From Octopus vulgaris (Eukaryota), in assembly GCA_951406725.2 (NCBI GenBank), contig OX597819.1, positions 85,622,001 through 85,686,000 on the forward strand: DNA of 64,000 nucleotides, given 5' to 3'. Each line of letters opens with the position of its first letter. Positions within the stretch are counted from its first letter, which is position 1. Made by a program: the position numbers and the translations under genes. Shown here piece after piece: positions 55,090 to 64,000 of this stretch. The notes under the pieces are model-generated. The model was not told the origin of the DNA and did not search any database. It was given only the letters and a program-made list of their open reading frames with translations.

Positions 55090-55909
55090 TGTGTGTGAAT
55101 ATTTATTTCTGTATGTACTCTGTTAAAGTTTGTTAAGTCTTAGCTCGTACTTCTGTATGAAAGTATTTTCTTTGTCTATCCGCGCTCACTCTGTGGTATT
55201 CACTGAACATATGTAGAATGGGAAAACATGGAATTGGGGGGACTTTTTGTTGCACATATGTTTTTGTGTTCACTCAGTAGAAGCCGTCTAGTACTAGGGT
55301 CTGGTATTTGTTGTCGATGAATGGTCCTGGGATAAGCTTTGTTTGACCTATGTAATCTTCATTACATCCTTGACATTTGATAGCGTATATTAAATTCAAT
55401 GAAGAACATGTAAAATGATTTTTTACGGTAAAAGTCTGCCCTGGTTTGAATGTGTATGTTTTGCCTTCAAACATGTTGATGCAGGTCTCGTAGTTGGGGC
55501 GACCACACTTTTTGACAGTTGGGGTAGAAATTGTGGGAGATAATTTAGCATTTGTGAGGACTTTTTGAGGGAGTTTAATTGTCTTTTACTTTTGATTATT
55601 TTGTGTATTTCGGATGCTTGTTTCATTCCTGGGTCTTGTGTTAGTAGTGAGATGTTCTGGGAGATAATATTGTAAACCTCTGTATGTCTTGGGTTGTGTG
55701 TTGCAATAACGGTTAGAGTATTGAACTTATCTGGAGAGCTTTTCCTTTTCCCTAGTTCTTCGTATTTTATTGTTTTGGCACGTTCTATTCCGTTGTCTAT
55801 TAGCATTAATGGATTGTCTTTTAAGTGGTAATTGTTTTAGTTCCTGAAGTCTTTCATTGTGAGTTTCAGGGTCTGAGACATTTTTACAGATTCGTCTTGC
55901 TAGATTAAA
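55090..55909 (-). pseudogene. Penelope-like element: RT thumb/linker and GIY-YIG endonuclease
   Basis: FNLARRICKNVSD, ATHNPR, and FTCSSLNLIYAIKCQGCNEDYIGQTK (a GIY-YIG signature of the LIY...YIGQT type). Frameshifted. Confidence 0.9.
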
Positions 55910-55939
55910 CGCTAGATTCTTGCTAGATCAATATATGGC

Positions 55940-56226
55940 TTGAACTTCCGCAAATATCTATTAGAAAACAGAAAACGTTACATAGATGAGTGCCTAATCC
56001 TATGGACGCACACATTTAGACAACTGATAGATTTAAAAAATTTAATCAACAGCATAAACAATACTATTAACTTTCCCATGCAATACAGTAAACCTACTAC
56101 CATTCCTGGATATACTAACCATCAAAAGAAATAAAACCATTGAAACAGATATTCACTACAAACAGATTCTAAACAATAATTACTGTTCTCCTCATGCCAT
56201 CCCAAACACACGAAAAATAATACCCC
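55940..56226 (+). pseudogene. Penelope-like reverse transcriptase fragment, inverted relative to the GIY-YIG part
   Basis: KRYIDECLILW (YIDD-like), LPFLD, TDIHYK and SCHPKHTKNN.P motifs. Confidence 0.85.
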
Positions 56227-56582
56227 CTCGGCCACATACAGCGACAATGACATTCCAAAAGCTGGAGCAGTTTGAATGGGAAACGATGCTTCATCGATCA
56301 TATTCGCCAGACATTGCCCCATCTGATTATCATTTATTCTGTTGTCTTCAAAATCATTTCAATGGAAAAAGTATGAATAATGTAGACGAGGTCAGAACAG
56401 TACTGGAGAAGTATTTTTCGTCACGGACAAGTAAATTTTGGAAGAGGGGCCTTGCAAGTCTACTAGACAGATGGAAGAGTATTGTAGAAAATAGAGAGCG
56501 CATTTTAGTTTTAAAAAGAACTTTATCTTAATTTTGAAAAACAAATGAAATATAAAAACCGCATTATTTATGGGTTAACCCA

Positions 56583-56584
<2 letters not shown>
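56227..56584 (+). mobile_element. Mariner 3' fragment with right TIR
   Basis: RPHTA...WETMLHRSYSPDIAPSDYHLF...LLDRWKSIVEN, ending AAAAACCGCATTATTTATGGGTTAACCCAA. Confidence 0.88.
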
Positions 56585-56679
<95 letters not shown>

Positions 56680-56896
56680 CATATATATATATCAGTGGGA
56701 CTGAACCTAGAACCATGTGGTTGGCAAGCAAGCTACTTACCATATTACTCTACCACTGGTATTTGAGTACTCTTTTTTCCACCTTGTTTCACATTTGTGT
56801 GTACTCCGGTACATACATATATAGATATGTTTGTGCAAACAGGAAAAACAGAACTCAAAATGTGAGTATATCCATATTTGTTTTAGCAGAAGAAAC

Positions 56897-56946
56897 AGAG
56901 TGACTCAGGGTCCGAGAGTTTCGTGCGTTGGCACTTATCTAACTCT
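56897..56946 (-). ncRNA. Hammerhead-like motif with UAGAUAA core, within a ~55-bp-arm inverted repeat (56886-57001)
   Basis: AGAGU-UAGAUAA-GUGC-CAAC-GCAC-GAAA-CUC-UCGGACCCU-GAG-UC-ACUCU: all three stems pair and the triplet is GUC. Confidence 0.55.
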
Positions 56947-57010
56947 TGATAAGTGTCAACGCACGAAACTCTTGGACCTTGAGTCAGACTGTTACTTCTG
57001 CCTACTATTG

Positions 57011-57054
<44 letters not shown>

Positions 57055-57059
57055 TAATA

Positions 57060-57572
<513 letters not shown>

Positions 57573-58819
57573 GGCTAGTTTCATACAGTTTCCGTCTATC
57601 AAATCCATTCACAAGGTATCGATTGCCCGAGATGCCACATAGTGAAGCGGAATCTGAATCCATTTGTTTGGGAACTTCACTTTCTCAAATTATCTAAATT
57701 TACATGATTGGCCCTCTTGAATGGTGTCCCTTTGATTTGGAAATTATACAAATCACAATGATGAAAATTCGTCGTCATCCTTTCTCTACTTACAACTATT
57801 GGTTTCAAATTTTGGCACAAGGCCAGCAAATTTAGTGTTTGGGGTAGTCATTTACGTCGACCCCAGTACTCAATCTATTTTATCGAAATTGAAAGGGATT
57901 TGAACACACGCCGTAAAGCATTTTACCCAGTGCGTAAACGATTCTACCAACTCGCCGCCTTCTGCTTGCAAGAATTATTCTCTAATCAAAACAAACTTCA
58001 GAAGGCTATATTTTGCTGATTAAAAATTTTCAAACAATGCTTGCAGGTGACACCTTGTCTGCAAACAAATACGAGTTTTTCTCCTATTCAGTTTTATGAT
58101 AAAGGATTTGGTTTTTAAATGTTTCCCTTATTTTCTGTCACAAACGTTAACAATTCCAATTGTCACTAGTTTGTTTTTACTTTTTCATCTAGCAAGCAAA
58201 TTTAGTGATCTTTGCCTACGCAGTATGGTGCATCACCCACCTACATGGCACACACACACACACACACAGATACACACGCACACCCACACAGATATACACA
58301 CGCACACACACACACACACACACAACTATGCCTAAAGCAGGTCTAATAGCTTTTATGCCATGGGTCATCAATTGCCATCTAGTTTTGATTTTGTTTCAAA
58401 ATTTTGTGTCAATCGAAAACTATAATTGTCATGGTGTCAAACCAAAAGTAACTCTACCCTTGTGCATTTGCCCAAAGTGAATTTTTAATCCAGCTGTAGC
58501 TGGGTACAATTTTGCATGTAAAGAAGGACAGTGTTCTGTTGAATTTGCTGTTGTTCTATGCAAATAAACGTTTTCTGTTGGTTCCTTGATTGATGACTCT
58601 TTAGTGAGTGACATGACGGTCTCTTTCGAAACTGCAAATGCGATCACCTCTGGACACTGTAACTATACAGAGATTAAAAATCCGCAGTTTTCTAGCACTA
58701 CATTTTATTATTTCATGACTGCAAACCATGTTGAAGGACTTGGAGTTGTCTTTTGGGACATCAGAACATTATTTTTGTAGGATTTTAGCTGAGACTATAG
58801 ATTACTACATTTCCTACAA

Positions 58820-59012
58820 GCGCAGGCTTGGCTGTGTAGCTAAGGAACTCGCTTTTGAATCACGTGGTCTCGGGTTCAATCGTACTGTGGGGTACTCTGG
58901 GTAGTTATCTTCTACTATAGCTACGGTCTGACAAATACCTTGAGTGAATTTGGTTGATAAACACTGTGTAGAAGCCATTGTGTGTGTGTTTGTGTATGTG
59001 TGTGTGTGTATT

Positions 59013-59072
<60 letters not shown>

Positions 59073-59315
59073 ATCTGTGTGTGTATATATATGTGTGTGT
59101 ATGTATTTATAAATGTGTGTATATGTGCGTGTGCGAGTCTGAGAGAGAGAGAGAGAGTGGGTGTGTGTTTTTGTCTCCATTGCGGTTCGGCAAAAAAGGC
59201 CGATAGAATAAGTACCAGACTTAAATAAGACCCAGAGACGATTTGTTCGGCTAAAACTCTTCAGGGCGGTGCCCAAACATGAATGCAGTCCAAAATTTTG
59301 AAACAAGTAAAAGAA
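58820..59315 (+). mobile_element. Long tRNA-derived SINE (second family)
   Basis: GCGCAGGCTTGGCTGTGTAG...CGGGTTCAATC ... TGAAACAAGTAAAAG. Confidence 0.8.
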
Positions 59316-59459
59316 AAAAATAATAAAAGATAAAGTAATTGATTTTCAAGTAATTGATTTCTCAAGCATGAATTCATGAAAACGGATGATATGATCATCA
59401 TATCGCTTAAACATAATATTGATAAGCATGTTACAAAATTATTGATATATTATATAGCC

Positions 59460-59620
59460 GCAGGCATGGCTTTGTCGTAAGAAGCTTGTTCCCCAACCAC
59501 ATGGTTCCGGGTTCACGTCCACTGCTTGACACCTTGTGTAAGTGTCTTCTACTATAGCTTCGGGTCGACAAAAGCCATGTCCGTGGATTTGGTAGAAGGA
59601 AACTGAAAGGAGCCCGTCGT
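59460..59620 (+). mobile_element. SINE 5' half (second family)
   Basis: GCAGGCATGGCT...CCACATGGTTCCGGGTTC...GGAAACTGAAAGGAGCCCGTCG. Confidence 0.8.
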
Positions 59621-59662
59621 ATACATACATACATATACATAAATACATACATACATACATAT

Positions 59663-59760
<98 letters not shown>

Positions 59761-59781
59761 ATATATATGTATGTATGTATA

Positions 59782-60490
59782 CAGGGTGTCCCGAAATTAA
59801 GACACTTGAAGCTTCAGGCTTTGATAACTATTAATAAATGTGATAAGATACGAAAATTATACATTATTATAAAACCTTTGTGTGCCTACATTTTGTTTCA
59901 GGCTAAATAAATTCAGATTTATAAATTAGATAATGGATTTAGATCGAAATACAGTCACAACCCTCCACCAAAGAGGCGAAAGTAATACAGCTATATATAT
60001 AAAAAAAGAAATAAAAATAAAAATAAAAAGCTTAAATTTACCCGAACGACAGTCTGGAAAATTGTCAAGAAACTTCAAGAGACTGTTTCCACGGCTGATC
60101 GACCTGGATGTGGCCGAAAAAGAAGTGTGCGGATCCCTCATCTTACCAAAAGTACCAGAGAAATGATACGCCGAAATGTCCATTAGAAAACTGACTGTCA
60201 CGGTAAAAGTAAGCCGAACATCGATATATCGAGTGTTGAAGGAGGATCTCAGGATCCACCCTTACTAGATACACCGTCTTGAACTCACACAAGTTTATAA
60301 GGCCATGAGACTGGTGAGCATTCGTCTTCTGCGTGAGATTGCTGAAGGCACGCTGTCCAAGCTGGTGTTCATTGATGAAAAGAAATTTGACATCGAACAG
60401 ACATTAAATCACAAGAATGACCGACTTAGAAGTGTATCTGGTTCCGTCGAGCGTAGACTCATAAATCAACGTCAAAATCATCCACACACA
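59782..60490 (+). mobile_element. maT (DD37D)-like transposon, 5' portion
   Basis: TA-CAGGGTGTCCCGAAA TIR, MDLDRNTVTTLHQRGES, and LVFIDEKKFDIEQTLNHKNDR (first catalytic D region). 3'-truncated. Confidence 0.75.
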
Positions 60491-60944
60491 GTGGATGATC
60501 ACGGAATATAGACAACAGTAAAGAGTATACTGATATGAAAATATGAAATATCAGCACCAGCTGCGGAATAATTTCGTTATTATCGGCAAGACAATTTCTG
60601 TCTTCTGTGTATGGTAGATGAGGTCAAACAGTCCTGTGGAGATGATAATGGTGAATGGATTAAGTCAAGTGTATTTATGATATCGGTGATGTTAAAGGAA
60701 TGCAGTCTTTTAGACGATATGGTTAAATCTATGTTTATTACACGTACCAATGTGAATTATTTACACACAGACGCATAAGCACACAGGCACACACCCACAC
60801 ACACCCACAGATGCATTCAAACATCCTTAGATATATAAACAATGAGACTGACTACTTCATGCGTATATTAAAATATTTTCATATATTTTCACAAAGCTGA
60901 TTACACTCCATTACTAACGCTTCTATCTATCTATCTATCTATCT

Positions 60945-61713
60945 GGGGCCGACCTGCCCGAGACGCGGGCAGAGCGACGAAACCGCTCTGCACGCACTCG
61001 TGCAGTGTCCAACAATTTCCGACCTGTGGGCTTATGTCGAACGACTGCTGTCACGTGTGGGACGTGTCGGTTTATCAGCCGAGTCTATCGTTAATATCGT
61101 CACGCCTCCTTCCTTCAAACGGGAAGGAAGAGCTATTTTTATCATACTTGTGGCTATGGCGAAAGAATGTATCTGGTGGACACTTTCCTCTCTGGTCAAT
61201 CTCTCATCAACTTCTTCAAGTATCACTTGAAGAGGAAAGTGAGAGTAGAGAGGCAAGTTTTGTCTTTGTGAATGTTTTAAAAAGATGGGTGAATGTAGCA
61301 AGGATGGCACGTATGAATGACGAAGCCACCTTGACTATGATTCTATGAACCGTAAAAATTAATACAGAGAGTTGCTTATTTGCAAAAAAAAAAAAAAAAA
61401 AGAAATATAACATGTGACTTCATTGACCGAGGTTACCGTGGTCTTTTCCGTAGGCTTTTCTTTCCACGGGTAAACCTCACCTGTCCTCCCCTTTACACTT
61501 CATATTGACATTTTTGTGATAACGATCCCTATTATTCATTTTTTTTGCTCTCCCCCCCCTTTTTTTAACCCCTCCCTTTTTTTGTCCTCTTTCTTTCCTT
61601 TTACGATCCCTTTTGATCGAAAACCACCACTCCCTTTTTTTTACCCCCAAAAGAAAAGCTCTACCTTGTAATTTGTTCTATCTGTGTGCAGCCCTGTGTG
61701 GCTAATAAAGAAA
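60945..61713 (+). mobile_element. Tx1/L1-like LINE 3' end, copy 1, inserted in (TATC)n
   Basis: C-terminal zinc-knuckle-like CPRRGQSDETALHALVQCPTISDLW, a T/C-rich 3' UTR, AATAAAGAAA, then (TATC)n. (TATC)n also lies at the 5' junction. Confidence 0.8.
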
Positions 61714-61742
61714 TCTATCTATCTATCTATCTATCTATCTAT

Positions 61743-62268
61743 TTGAAAAGGAAAGTGAGAGTAGAGAGGCAAGTTTTGTCTAGCGAATGTTTTAAAAAAA
61801 GATGGGTGAATGTAGCAAGAATGGCACGTATGAATGACGAAGCCACCTTGAGCATAGTCCTATGAACCCAGAAATCGAAAACAGAGAGTTGCTTATTTGC
61901 AAAAAAAAAAAAAAAAAAAAAAAGAAATATAAAATGTGACTTCATTGACCGAGGTTACCGTGGTCTTTTCCGTAGGCTTTTCTTTCCACGGGTAAACCTC
62001 ACCTGTCCTCCCCTTTACACTTCATATTGACATTTCTGTGATAACGATCCCTATTGATCAATTTTTTTTTTTTTTTTTTTTTTTTTCCTCTCCCCCTTTT
62101 TTTAACCCCCTTTTTTTTGTCCTCCTTCTCTCCTTTTACGATCCCTTTTGATCGAAACTCCCCCTTACTTTTTTTTTTTTTTTTTTTTTTTTTTAAACAT
62201 TCAAAAGAAAAGCTCTACCTTGTAATTTGTTCTATCTGTGTGCAGCCCTGTGTGGCTAATAAAGAAAC
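61743..62268 (+). mobile_element. Tx1/L1-like LINE 3' end, copy 2 (more 5'-truncated)
   Basis: Near-identical to 61228-61713 but with independent differences; flanked by (TATC)n on both sides. Confidence 0.8.
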
Positions 62269-62269
62269 A

Positions 62270-62680
<411 letters not shown>

Positions 62681-63856
62681 CGCTCTTTCTGTCTAGCTAA
62701 CTATCTGTCTATGGGTCTATATAACATCATGCATACATCTGGACCTACATACATTTACAATTAGATGCATGCGCAAATAAGTTATTAATCTCGAACTGGT
62801 GACATGTAGGCAATAATTCAATGCATTACCGAATGCATTAGATATGTAGAGTTGATATTTCGTATATTCACGAGATAATATCTGGATGACGTACATTTGA
62901 TGGGATACGGCAAGGGATACAGAAATAAATGTGTCGCTTTTTACCATTTTATGTAAAACAATATATGCTGATGTGTAGGCGAATCTGTGCGTAAATTGTA
63001 AATATATATGCATATATATCCACATACACACATATATATTTATATATGTATATACACGAACGTGCACAAGCATGCATACATGTATATAATATGCACTAAC
63101 ACACATAAACATACTTATATATAAATGTACCGTAGTTGACACATTATATAGTGTATGTGCTGATAAGCGGTATCTCATTTGTTTGTAGACCCTTTTAAAA
63201 ATAGAAATTAAAAGCCATGGTTTTACTCTCTACGTTTGCAGACTCGACTCAAAGCCCCACCTGTGGCAACCAAGATATCTTTTTGCATTTCGATTTATAA
63301 TAAATAGACAAATATATTCTTTAAGAGGAATCTGTATATTCGAACTACGAGAAGTTTGAATATATATCAACGTTTAAGCAGTTGCTCGTTAATCCTAGTT
63401 TATACTTTATGAAGTAGATCTATGATGAAAAGTGGAACAGTTTTCATTATAGCTCGTGACCATATTGCCTTTTTGTACATCAGTGAATACAACAGTTTAA
63501 CATTTCTATTAACAGAAGACTGGAACTATTTCAAATACCGGCCATATCCCCATAGAACCACACAATTTTAGCAATAATTGTTTATCCTTGGGTCAGAGCT
63601 GAGGAAAAAGTCTATGGTTATTGAGAATTCAACGATGATTACACAACTTAACAGATGGTCTTATAGGTTTCTGATACGGAAATTGTCTCTCAAAACCACT
63701 CCAATTAAAGCTACCAACTGCTAAATTATATGCTTTAACATATGATTATCAAAATCTTTAATATAAAAAATCCCCATACGCATGATTTATAAGTAAATAT
63801 TGTTTTATATGTAGGACTGTATTAATTGACTAATGTGCCAATATTATAGTATAGGT

Positions 63857-64000
63857 GGAGGCGCAATGGCCCAGTGGTTAGGTCAGCGGACTTGCAGTCG
63901 GAGGATCGCGGTTTCGATTCCCAGACCGGGCGTTGTGTGTGTTTATTGATCGAAAACACCTAAAGTTTCACGGGGCTCCGGCAGGGCGTGGTGGTGACCC
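63857..64000 (+). mobile_element. tRNA-derived SINE (third family), truncated by the window edge
   Basis: GGAGGCGCAATGGCCCAGTGGTTAGG...GCGGTTTCGATTCCCAGACC followed by a non-tRNA body. Confidence 0.8.

Overview
This is eukaryotic, AT-rich non-coding DNA saturated with microsatellites ((TA)n, (CA)n, (TATG)n, (TATC)n). The SINE and microsatellite content resembles an octopus (coleoid cephalopod) genome; that assignment is inferred. No intact host protein-coding gene is evident, and almost all listed ORFs are translated microsatellites. The window is a mosaic of decayed mobile elements: Tc1/mariner/maT/Tigger-type DNA transposons, nested Helitrons, an RTE LINE, a Tx1/L1-like LINE inserted twice into a (TATC)n tract, a rearranged Penelope-like (RT + GIY-YIG) element, and many SINEs. 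The most notable signal is a set of short elements embedded in (TA)n tracts, often folded back into long near-perfect palindromes, that carry type I hammerhead ribozyme motifs (about 11 copies, including recurrent non-canonical cores). In both long perfect palindromes, the only base substitution between the arms hits a catalytic-core nucleotide of the + strand ribozyme copy.
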